NCBI GenBank assembly: GCA_038210695.1
Contig: JBBQWK010000001.1
Coordinates: 1 to 26,655, forward strand
From: Alphaproteobacteria bacterium
Lineage (GTDB): Bacteria; Pseudomonadota; Alphaproteobacteria; Micavibrionales; UBA2020
DNA length: 26,655 nucleotides
Direction of reading: 5' to 3'
Shown in pieces: positions 16,491 through 24,368 of this stretch; within the stretch, counting starts at the first letter, position 1; each line of letters opens with the position of its first letter. The notes beneath the pieces were generated by a model. The model did no database searches and was not told where the DNA came from. It saw nothing but the letters and a program-made list of their open reading frames with translations. Both the position numbers and the translations under genes were made by a program.

Positions 16491-17861
16491 TTACGCTTTC
16501 ACGATGTTGTCGCGGCGGGTGATGCCGGCAAGCGCATTGCGCGTGTCGACTACGAGGTCGGCTTCCTTCGCGATCATGCCATAATCAACGGCGTCATGGT
16601 CGGTGACGATGACCACCGCGTCCTGCGCAGCAATCGTGCGGGCGTCGAGCGCTACCGATTTCAGGCCATTAAAGGCGGCATGTTCGCGGATGGGGCCGAT
16701 GACGGGCACATGCGGATCGTGGAAAATGATTTCCGCCTTGCGCGCCTTCAATAGCTCCATAATGGCGAAGGCGGGGCTTTCGCGGATATCTTCGACGTTT
16801 TTCTTGTAGGCGACGCCGATGAGCATGATTTTCGCGCCGTTCAGCGATTTTGCGGCGCGGGCGTCCAGCGTTTCCGCCAGACGGTTGACGACAAAGCGCG
16901 GCATGGAAATGTTGATTTCACCGGCAAGCTCGATGAATTTCGTCGCGATGCCATATTCCCGCGCTTTCCATGTCAAATAGAATGGGTCAATGGGAATGCA
17001 GTGACCGCCAAGGCCGGGGCCCGGGTAGAAGGGCATGTAGCCGAAGGGCTTGGTTTTGGCGGCTTCAATCACTTCCCAGATATCGATGCCCATGGCGTCG
17101 TAAATGATTTTCAGTTCATTGACGAGCGCGATGTTGACGGAGCGGAACACGTTTTCGGTCAGCTTCACTGCTTCCGCCGTTTGCGTTGACGACACCGCAA
17201 CCGTTTTTGACAGGAACTGGTCGTACATGGTCTGCGCGATCTTCAGCGCGGCGGGGCCGTCGCCGCCGACAACTTTGGGAATGATGGCGGTATGGTATTT
17301 GGCATTGCCGGGGTCTTCGCGTTCCGGCGAGAAGGCGAGGTAAAAATCAACGCCGGACTTTAGCCCGCTGGCTTCTTCCAAAATCGGGCGAAGCAGATCA
17401 TGCGTCGTGCCGGGATAGGTGGTGGATTCCAGCACAATCAACTGGCCCGCACGGATATGCTTTGCGACGGCTTCCGCGGTTCTGATGACATAGGTCATGT
17501 CCGGTTCGCGGTTCTTGTTCAGCGGCGTCGGCACGCAGAGCAAAACGGCATCGCATTCGGCAAGGCGGGTGAAATCGGCGGTGGGGTGGAATTTGTTATC
17601 GCCGACAAAAGTTTTGACCTTCGCATCATCAACGCCGCCGATATAGGACTGGCCGGCCTTCAGGCGCTCGATCTTCTTCACATCGATATCAAAGCCCAAG
17701 GCCGTAAAGCCCTTGTCGCAAATGGCGCAGGCCAGCGGCAGGCCGACATAGCCAAGGCCGATGACGCCGATTTTCGCCTGCTTGGACGTATAAAGCTGGC
17801 ACAGCGCCTCCACATCAGGGGTGGTTTTGACGGTGACGGATTTCAGCGGCTGGACGGTCAT
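16491..17861 (-). CDS. Nucleotide-sugar dehydrogenase (UDP-N-acetylglucosamine 6-dehydrogenase, WbpA/TviB-like)
   Basis: 'GLGYVGLPLA', 'CVPTP', 'ESTTYPGTT', 'FSPEREDPGN', catalytic 'GPGLGGHCIPIDP' and 'GVAYKKNVEDIRESP'. ATG 17861 is preferred to TTG 17879. Confidence 0.92.
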   Translation of the reverse strand: MTVQPLKSVTVKTTPDVEALCQLYTSKQAKIGVIGLGYVGLPLACAICDKGFTALGFDIDVKKIERLKAGQSYIGGVDDAKVKTFVGDNKFHPTADFTRLAECDAVLLCVPTPLNKNREPDMTYVIRTAEAVAKHIRAGQLIVLESTTYPGTTHDLLRPILEEASGLKSGVDFYLAFSPEREDPGNAKYHTAIIPKVVGGDGPAALKIAQTMYDQFLSKTVAVSSTQTAEAVKLTENVFRSVNIALVNELKIIYDAMGIDIWEVIEAAKTKPFGYMPFYPGPGLGGHCIPIDPFYLTWKAREYGIATKFIELAGEINISMPRFVVNRLAETLDARAAKSLNGAKIMLIGVAYKKNVEDIRESPAFAIMELLKARKAEIIFHDPHVPVIGPIREHAAFNGLKSVALDARTIAAQDAVVIVTDHDAVDYGMIAKEADLVVDTRNALAGITRRDNIVKA

Positions 17862-17984
17862 GGCTTTGCCTTTGCTCAAAAAAACAGGCCATGTTTTAAC
17901 ATATTGATGAATGAAATGAAAGGGTTAATAAGGTTTGTGCATCAAGCGGTTAGCGCCGCCTGCCCTGCCTGCCCTTTGCCCCAT

Positions 17985-18020
17985 AAAAAAAACGGCGCCC
18001 GTAACGGCGCCGTTTTTTTT
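17985..18020. terminator. Bidirectional-type intrinsic terminator after the HNH-like gene
   Basis: A8-CGGCGCC-loop(6)-GGCGCCG-T8, a perfect 15-bp inverted repeat. Confidence 0.9.
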
Positions 18021-18035
18021 ACATTACCGCAGCGT

Positions 18036-19472
18036 TTAACGCTGGCGGATTTTTTTGCCGTATTCGTCGCGGACGACGGGGCCGCGCGCCGGACGGTTGT
18101 CCTGCTGCACATTCCGGTTGTCGTTGCTGTTGTTGTTGAAGCCCTTGCGGACATCGCGCTGTTCGCGGATGGCCTTGCCTTCCAGATCAAGCCGGTCGCA
18201 AACCTGCTTGAGGCTTTTTTCGATGGCGTTGAACTTGGCGTTCATCTCGAAAGCTTCTTCGAAGGGCAGCGCCTGAACATCAAAGCGCAGGTCATTCATG
18301 CGCGGGCTGCGGAAGAAGTGGGCAAATTCCCACATCGCGGCACGCTCTTTGGGGCTGTTGAGGTTATTGGCGAGGCGGTCAAACAGCGTCACCGTATAAT
18401 CCGTCATGTCCTTCACGGCGGGGCGGACCATTTTGTCGAAATGGTCGCCGGCATCGGCGCGGACGACTGCGTCGGTGAAGGCCTTGCGCAGGCTGCCCGG
18501 CGCAGATGCGTCTTCTTTATGTGCGAGCTCGACGACGGTGCCCTTGAGGCTGTCGGCCTTTTCAACAAGGTCAACGACCGTGTCAAAGACCGTTTCTATG
18601 GAGCGCAGCACGTCAATTTTGTTGAGTGTCTGGCCGAGGACATACTGGCCATGCTCGACGCGGCGGAAATCATCAATCTCGCGCACTTCAATGCCAGCGA
18701 GGCGGTGGGAGGCTTTCAGTTTCGGGCAGAGGTAGCCGTTATATTGCGCGTTGCGCTCCGGCGTCATCATCAAAATCCAGCGGCCCATGCCGGGGGAGGT
18801 GTAGCTGGCCTTCTGCAGGTCGTTCAGCTCGTTCTTGAATTCGTGGATTTTCTCCGGCAGCAGCATGAAGTTGCCGAAGAAGTTGGGGTGATACTTGGGG
18901 CCGAAGCCGGGCTGGTCGGGATCAACATCTTTCGTCTTGCCGTAGCGGCCGGAGCCGGCGCGCTCGATAATATGGTCGACGTTGAGGGAATAGAGCTCGC
19001 CATTTTCATTGGCGGGATCAAGGCCGTTCTTCATGCGGTCAACGCCCGCCTGGCAGATGCCGAGGTCCAGCAGCTCTTTTTCAAAATTGTCAGCGAGGAA
19101 GCGGATGAAGGACGGGCGCACTTCGAAGGTGTATTCGTTCTTCAGTTTCGCGTTTTCATCGGTCGTGATGCGGTTGTAGAAAACGGGGACGATGCGGAAG
19201 CCTTCGGGAATTTCCTTTAAGATCTGCTCGAACATCTTCTGGTCTTTGACGGCGTCGGCGGCGGTCTGGAAGCGGTCACGCGGGTGGTCACCCTGATGCA
19301 GGCCCTGCGCTTCGCGGCGCTTGGCAAGCACCACGCGTTCGGACAAATCTTTGCGGATATCGGCGATAAGGTCTTCAACCGAGGGCTGCTTCGGCACGGT
19401 TATATGATGGTCGAGGAAATCCTTCGACGTTGTGATTTCGGTAATCGTATCGGCGGAAACGCGTTTCCCCAT
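18036..19472 (-). CDS. Orphan protein with HNH (beta-beta-alpha-metal) endonuclease-like motif and helical C-terminal region
   Basis: GGGAG RBS and ATG 19472. Motif 'NVDHIIERAGSG...NFFGNFMLLPEKIHEFKN' carries the H, N and H residues. The CDS call is firm; the function is inferred. Confidence 0.75.
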   Translation of the reverse strand: MGKRVSADTITEITTSKDFLDHHITVPKQPSVEDLIADIRKDLSERVVLAKRREAQGLHQGDHPRDRFQTAADAVKDQKMFEQILKEIPEGFRIVPVFYNRITTDENAKLKNEYTFEVRPSFIRFLADNFEKELLDLGICQAGVDRMKNGLDPANENGELYSLNVDHIIERAGSGRYGKTKDVDPDQPGFGPKYHPNFFGNFMLLPEKIHEFKNELNDLQKASYTSPGMGRWILMMTPERNAQYNGYLCPKLKASHRLAGIEVREIDDFRRVEHGQYVLGQTLNKIDVLRSIETVFDTVVDLVEKADSLKGTVVELAHKEDASAPGSLRKAFTDAVVRADAGDHFDKMVRPAVKDMTDYTVTLFDRLANNLNSPKERAAMWEFAHFFRSPRMNDLRFDVQALPFEEAFEMNAKFNAIEKSLKQVCDRLDLEGKAIREQRDVRKGFNNNSNDNRNVQQDNRPARGPVVRDEYGKKIRQR

Positions 19473-19709
19473 CAGAATACTCCCGAGTCAGCAGCATGTT
19501 TTAGAACATGCGGACAAGATAGAATAGAACATTCGGAAAATCAAACGGTTATTTTGGAAATTAAATTACAGAAGAAGCTGTTGTTTTAGCTTTAAATTGC
19601 GCCCTGCGCAGGTTTATGTCCAACGAGCTGTAAGGTGCTTTTATACCTTGGGTTTGGCGTTTTGGCAAATGATTCGAAGGAAAACGTGAATTCGTTGGAA
19701 AACGGGATA

Positions 19710-20264
19710 CTAGACCCGAATGGAGGGTAAGTTTTGCCCTGCGCTTTGCAGCATCCGTATGAAAAGCCTGATCGCAAAAATGCCTGAAAGAAACGCGGCT
19801 GGGAACAGTATTAAAATGATGCTGACGTTAAGCTTGTGCAGGTCCTGAATCAAATCAGCATTTCTTTTAAGCGCGTCCGTGACAAGGAGTATCGAAAAGC
19901 TGACCAGATATATTGTAAGGCCGTAGGCGGCGCCCAAGATATATAAACGCTTTTTGTTATCGCGAAGGCATTGCAGCTTGCTCTCGTTTTGCCAGACTGC
20001 GAAAAGACAAAGCCCGATAAAGTTGGGTAGCAACGCAAATTTGAAACAGCAATATCCCACGAAAATTCCAAAGAATAGAAACCCTGTCACCAAGCCCATG
20101 AAGGGGTCGGAGCCGGTGGGCTCTGCAAATAGTATTTTTAGAAAATAATAAACGGGAAAGCTAACGCTGCTGAAAATTGTAGCCGCCGCCGTGCTAAAAA
20201 CAGCGGCTCCTAGAGCCAGCCATATTTTAAGTCCGAATTGGCCTTGAGGCTGTCTATTACCCAA
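19710..20264 (-). CDS. Hypothetical AT-rich membrane protein (about 4 TM)
   Basis: 184-aa hydrophobic ORF whose TTG start overlaps the lipB stop by 8 nt. Hand count of 19981-20160 gives 79/180 G+C (44%). The start is uncertain. Confidence 0.55.
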   Translation of the reverse strand: MGNRQPQGQFGLKIWLALGAAVFSTAAATIFSSVSFPVYYFLKILFAEPTGSDPFMGLVTGFLFFGIFVGYCCFKFALLPNFIGLCLFAVWQNESKLQCLRDNKKRLYILGAAYGLTIYLVSFSILLVTDALKRNADLIQDLHKLNVSIILILFPAAFLSGIFAIRLFIRMLQSAGQNLPSIRV

Positions 20265-20979
20265 ACGCCTTATCCCAATTCGCCTTCAGCGCTTTATCAA
20301 TATCGGCCATCGGAATTTTAAGGCCGAGTTTGGCGAGGGAGGTGACGCCGTGGCTGGTGATGCCGCAGGGGACGATGCCGCTGTAGTGCGATAAGTCAGG
20401 ATTCACGTTGAGGGCGACGCCGTGGAAAGTGATCCATTTGCGGACGCGAACGCCGATGGCGGCGATTTTGGCCTCAACGCCTTTGGGCTGGCCGTATTTG
20501 TGCATGTCGAGCCAGATGCCGACGCGGCCTTCGCGGCGCTCGCCGTTCACGTCGAACTCTTTCAGCGTATCAATCACCCATTGTTCAAGGTTGTTGACGT
20601 GCTGGCGCAGGTCGGGCGTGCGCTTGTTGAGGTCGAGCATGACATAGGCCACGCGCTGCCCCGGGCCGTGATAGGTGTACTGGCCGCCGCGGCCGGCGTT
20701 GTAAACGGGGAAGCGGGGGTTGAGCAGGTCTTTCTGCTCCGCGCTGGTGCCGGCGGTATAGACCGGCGGGTGTTCCAGCAGCCAGACGTATTCGGCATCC
20801 GCCTTTTCGCGGATCAGGCCGACCTTGGCTTCCATAAACGCCAAGGCGCGGTCATAGGGCACGGGGCGGTCTTCCACATGCCATTCGGGTTTCTTAAACA
20901 TCGGCTTTTTAGTTTCAATAGTTTTGGGCGCCGTTTTTGCCGCAGCAGTTTTCGGCAGCGCTGTTGAAGCGAGGGCCAT
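20257..20979 (-). CDS. lipB: Lipoyl(octanoyl) transferase
   Basis: 'WLLEHPPVYTAG', 'RGGQYTYHGPGQRVAY', 'KIAAIGVR', 'FHGVALNV' and 'IVPCGI'. Start placed at ATG 20979 but uncertain. Confidence 0.96.
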   Translation of the reverse strand: MALASTALPKTAAAKTAPKTIETKKPMFKKPEWHVEDRPVPYDRALAFMEAKVGLIREKADAEYVWLLEHPPVYTAGTSAEQKDLLNPRFPVYNAGRGGQYTYHGPGQRVAYVMLDLNKRTPDLRQHVNNLEQWVIDTLKEFDVNGERREGRVGIWLDMHKYGQPKGVEAKIAAIGVRVRKWITFHGVALNVNPDLSHYSGIVPCGITSHGVTSLAKLGLKIPMADIDKALKANWDKAFG

Positions 20980-21053
20980 TGCAATGTTACTTTCCAAAAT
21001 CAAAAATGAATTCGCATAACATATAATATGCTCAAAGCTTTTAAAAGCCCCTC

Positions 21054-21082
21054 TTGACAGCGGGAGCAGGTTTCCTTAAAAA
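21054..21082 (+). promoter_or_regulatory. Putative sigma70 promoter for the 21153 ORF
   Basis: TTGACA-N17-TAAAAA. The -10 lacks the last T, as is common in Alphaproteobacteria. Confidence 0.35.
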
Positions 21083-21152
21083 AATTATATCTTTCCCCGG
21101 CGCTTTTTGTGAATATTACAGGAATCTGTAAATAAAAACAGGCAGGAAACTT

Positions 21153-21677
21153 ATGCTGAACAAGATATTTAACAAGGCCGCCGACACCTTCGACCGTATC
21201 GAGCAGATGGTGACGCGCAAGCTTCCCGTACCCGATCTGGAAGGCACCGACAAATTCGTTCAGTTCACCGCAAAACGCGGCAAACACGGGCATTGGACCG
21301 TTTCCAGCAAGCATAACCTGAAGCAGGTCACGACCGGTCTGGAAGACGTTTCCCGCGCCTATCAGGCCGCTGTTGAAAAGCACGCCGGCCGCAAACCCTA
21401 TAGCGGCGAAGACATGGCGATGAATTTTGACACCTGCATTCTGGTGCTGAAGGACATGGAAGAATCGCTGCTGAAATACAAGGCGACTCCCGGCGGGGAA
21501 GAGCCGAAACACCATTATATGGCGGCCTACCGCCTGCTGCCAAAGCAGTTCCGCGAGGGTCTTGATGACCTTTATTTCGACCGGACGGAGAAAAAAGGCC
21601 AGATTCTACCCCCCAAAGCAGTACTGACGCCCAAACCCGTGCCCGGTGCCAACCCCGGCGCGCCCAAAAGGAACTAA
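21153..21677 (+). CDS. Hypothetical protein
   Basis: 174-aa ORF with CAGGA RBS and host-like codon usage. It begins MLNKIFNKAA and ends in a Pro/Lys-rich tail. Confidence 0.8.
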   Translation: MLNKIFNKAADTFDRIEQMVTRKLPVPDLEGTDKFVQFTAKRGKHGHWTVSSKHNLKQVTTGLEDVSRAYQAAVEKHAGRKPYSGEDMAMNFDTCILVLKDMEESLLKYKATPGGEEPKHHYMAAYRLLPKQFREGLDDLYFDRTEKKGQILPPKAVLTPKPVPGANPGAPKRN

Positions 21678-21790
21678 GGGCGCAATTAATCTAATCTCCT
21701 TGCATCGGCTATTTCTATCTGTTATTGAAATAGCGTTTCCGGAAACGATGTTCGCATTGTTTTTGGTTCTACCAGACTATGTACCAAAGT

Positions 21791-21875
21791 GCGGTCATGG
21801 CGGAATTGGTAGACGCGCAGCGTTGAGGTCGCTGTGGGGCGACCCGTGGAAGTTCGAGTCTTCTTGACCGCACCA
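21791..21875 (+). tRNA. tRNA-Leu (GAG)
   Basis: GCGGTCATGGCGGAATTGGTAGACGCGCAGCGTTGAGGTCGCTGTGGGGCGACCCGTGGAAGTTCGAGTCTTCTTGACCGCACCA: 85 nt, long variable arm, anticodon GAG, encoded CCA. Confidence 0.98.
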
Positions 21876-22015
21876 TTCTCTTCTCTTTCCTGTTCAGCGA
21901 ATGGGAATTTTTCAAATCCCCTGGCGGCATAAATCATGCTACCCTTTTTCAAGGGTTTCGGCGTTTTATCCCCTCCTCCAAACGCCCATATTTTCCGGCA
22001 GGAGCTTTTTACACC

Positions 22016-24364
22016 ATGACGCTGAAGAAAGACGCGCTTTACGAAGCGGCTCTCGAATATCACCGCAATCCGAACGGGCCCGGCAAAATTTCCATCACGC
22101 CGACGAAGTCGCTCGTCTCGCAGCGCGATCTGGCCCTGGCCTATTCGCCGGGCGTTGCCGCGCCCTGCATGGAAATTGCCGAAGACCCGCGCAAAGCCCA
22201 TGACTATACAGCCCGCGGCAACCTTGTCGCCGTCATCACCAACGGCACCGCCGTGCTGGGCCTTGGCGATATTGGCCCGCTTGCCGCCAAGCCCGTGATG
22301 GAAGGCAAAGCCGTTCTGTTTAAAAAATTCGCCGGCATCGATGCGATTGATATCGAGATTGCCGAAAACAACCCCGATAAAATTGTCGACATTATTGCCG
22401 CGCTGGAGCCAAGCTTTGGCGCCATCAACCTTGAAGACATCAAATCGCCCGAATGCTTTGAAATCGAGCGCCGGTTGAAAGAGCGCATGAAGATTCCGGT
22501 CTTCCATGACGACCAGCACGGCACCGCCATTATTGTAGGCGCGGCCTTTACCAACTGGCTGAAATACGCCAACCGCAAAATCAAGGACGTGAAACTGGTG
22601 ACGTCTGGCGCGGGCGCTGCTGCCATGGCTTGCGTCAACCTGCTGGTCGCGATCGGCCTGCCGAAAAAGAACATCATCCTCACCGACCGTGAAGGCGTGG
22701 TCTATAAAGGCCGCAACACGCATATGGATGAAGAGAAAATCCAGTTCGCGATTGATACTAAGGCGCGCAAACTTGCCGAAGTCATCAAGGACGCCGATGT
22801 ATTCCTTGGCCTGTCCGCCCCCGGCGTGCTGACCGGCGCGATGGTGAAGACCATGGCGGATGCACCGCTGATCATGGCGCTTGCGAACCCCGTACCCGAA
22901 ATCATGCCGGAAGAAGCACGCGCGGCGAAACCAAATGCCGTTGTCTGCACCGGACGCTCCGACTACACCAACCAGGTCAACAACGCCCTCTGTTTCCCAT
23001 TCATGTTCCGCGGCGCGCTGGATGTTGGCGCGACGACGATCAATGAAGAAATGAAAATCGCCTGCGTCAACGCGATTGCCGCGCTGGCGCATGAAGAACC
23101 GACGGCAGAAATTTCTGCCCTCTACGGTGACATTCCGCTGCAGTTCGGGCCGGAGTACCTGATTCCGAAACCGTTTGATTCCCGCCTGATCCTTTCCATC
23201 CCGCCCGCCGTTGCCAAAGCGGCGATGGATAGCGGCGTTGCGACGCGGCCGATAAAAGACTTCGACGTTTATCTCGACAACCTCACGAAATATGTTTTCA
23301 AATCCGGCCAGTTGATGCGGCCGATTTACACCCGCGCCGCCCGCAACCCCAAACGCATCGCCTTTGCGGAAGGGGAGGAAATGCGCGTGCTGCATGCCGC
23401 GCAAACGCTGGTCGACGACGAGCTGGCAAAACCCATTCTGATTGGCCGTGAAGACGTTATTCTGACCCGCATTAAAAAATCCGGCCTGCGCCTGACGCGC
23501 GGCGTGGACTTTGAACTGGTCAATCCTGAATCCGACCCGCGTTTCAACGACTACTGGCACACCTACCACAAATTGCTGGAGCGCAAGGGCGTGACCCCTG
23601 CCCTTGCCAAACAAATTGTCCGTACCCGCAACACCGTGATTGCGGCGCTGATGGTGAAGAAGGGCGATGCGGATGCCGTGATTGCCGGCACCATCGGCCG
23701 CTATGACCGCCACATGAAATACGTGACGGATGTACTGGGCCATGCGCCCGGCGGCGAAACCTATGCCGCCATGACGGTGATGATTTTGAACCGCGGCACG
23801 TTTTTCTTGTGCGACCCCTTCGTCAACGCCAACCCGACCGCCGAACAGCTCTGCGATATGGCGATCATGGCGGCGGCGGAAGTGCGGCGCTTTGGTATCG
23901 AGCCCAAAATTGCCCTGCTGTCGCATTCCGACTTCGGCAGCATGGACAGGCCGGATAGCGTCAAAATGCGCGAAGCCGTGCGTCTGATAAAAGCGCGCGC
24001 GCCGGGGCTGGAGGTTGAAGGCGAAATGACCGCCTCCGCCGCGCTCGATGAAGGCATCCGCAACATGATGTTCCCGAACTCGGAACTGCATGGCCAGGCA
24101 AACCTGCTGATCATGCCGAACATCGATGCCGCCAACATCACCTTCCACATGATGAAGACGCTATCGGATGGCATTGCCGTCGGCCCCCTGCTGCTGGGCA
24201 TGAACCAGCCAGCGCATATTCTGATCCCGAGCGTGACATCACGCGGTATCGTCAACGCTGCCGCCTATGCCTCCGCCACGGCAGAGACATCGGAAAAAGA
24301 AGAAGCGCCGGTAGCCGCCAAAGAGCCGAAAGCGAAAGCCAAGACCAAAAAGAAACGCGCCTGA
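22016..24364 (+). CDS. maeB: NADP-dependent malic enzyme (MaeB, malic enzyme + phosphotransacetylase-like domain)
   Basis: 'LALAYSPGVA', 'NGTAVLGLG', 'KPVMEGK', 'INLEDI', 'HDDQHGTA', 'GAGAA', 'ALANP' and 'GRSD..NQVNN'. PTA domain 'KRIAFAEGE' and 'KIALLSHSDFGS'. Confidence 0.97.
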   Translation: MTLKKDALYEAALEYHRNPNGPGKISITPTKSLVSQRDLALAYSPGVAAPCMEIAEDPRKAHDYTARGNLVAVITNGTAVLGLGDIGPLAAKPVMEGKAVLFKKFAGIDAIDIEIAENNPDKIVDIIAALEPSFGAINLEDIKSPECFEIERRLKERMKIPVFHDDQHGTAIIVGAAFTNWLKYANRKIKDVKLVTSGAGAAAMACVNLLVAIGLPKKNIILTDREGVVYKGRNTHMDEEKIQFAIDTKARKLAEVIKDADVFLGLSAPGVLTGAMVKTMADAPLIMALANPVPEIMPEEARAAKPNAVVCTGRSDYTNQVNNALCFPFMFRGALDVGATTINEEMKIACVNAIAALAHEEPTAEISALYGDIPLQFGPEYLIPKPFDSRLILSIPPAVAKAAMDSGVATRPIKDFDVYLDNLTKYVFKSGQLMRPIYTRAARNPKRIAFAEGEEMRVLHAAQTLVDDELAKPILIGREDVILTRIKKSGLRLTRGVDFELVNPESDPRFNDYWHTYHKLLERKGVTPALAKQIVRTRNTVIAALMVKKGDADAVIAGTIGRYDRHMKYVTDVLGHAPGGETYAAMTVMILNRGTFFLCDPFVNANPTAEQLCDMAIMAAAEVRRFGIEPKIALLSHSDFGSMDRPDSVKMREAVRLIKARAPGLEVEGEMTASAALDEGIRNMMFPNSELHGQANLLIMPNIDAANITFHMMKTLSDGIAVGPLLLGMNQPAHILIPSVTSRGIVNAAAYASATAETSEKEEAPVAAKEPKAKAKTKKKRA

Positions 24365-24368
24365 GATA

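Noticed and set aside
17957-17982. Short TGCCC/TGCCT repeats, G-rich on the minus strand (possible G-quadruplex)
   Set aside because: There are only three GGG runs plus GG runs and no regular period; it is too weak to call.
17400-19220. 606-aa plus-strand ORF
   Set aside because: It is the antisense shadow of two minus-strand genes and runs through a strong terminator, with no recognisable domain.
21722-24148. 808-aa antisense ORF opposite maeB
   Set aside because: It is a shadow ORF caused by GC codon bias of a conserved gene, has no motifs, and overlaps tRNA-Leu.
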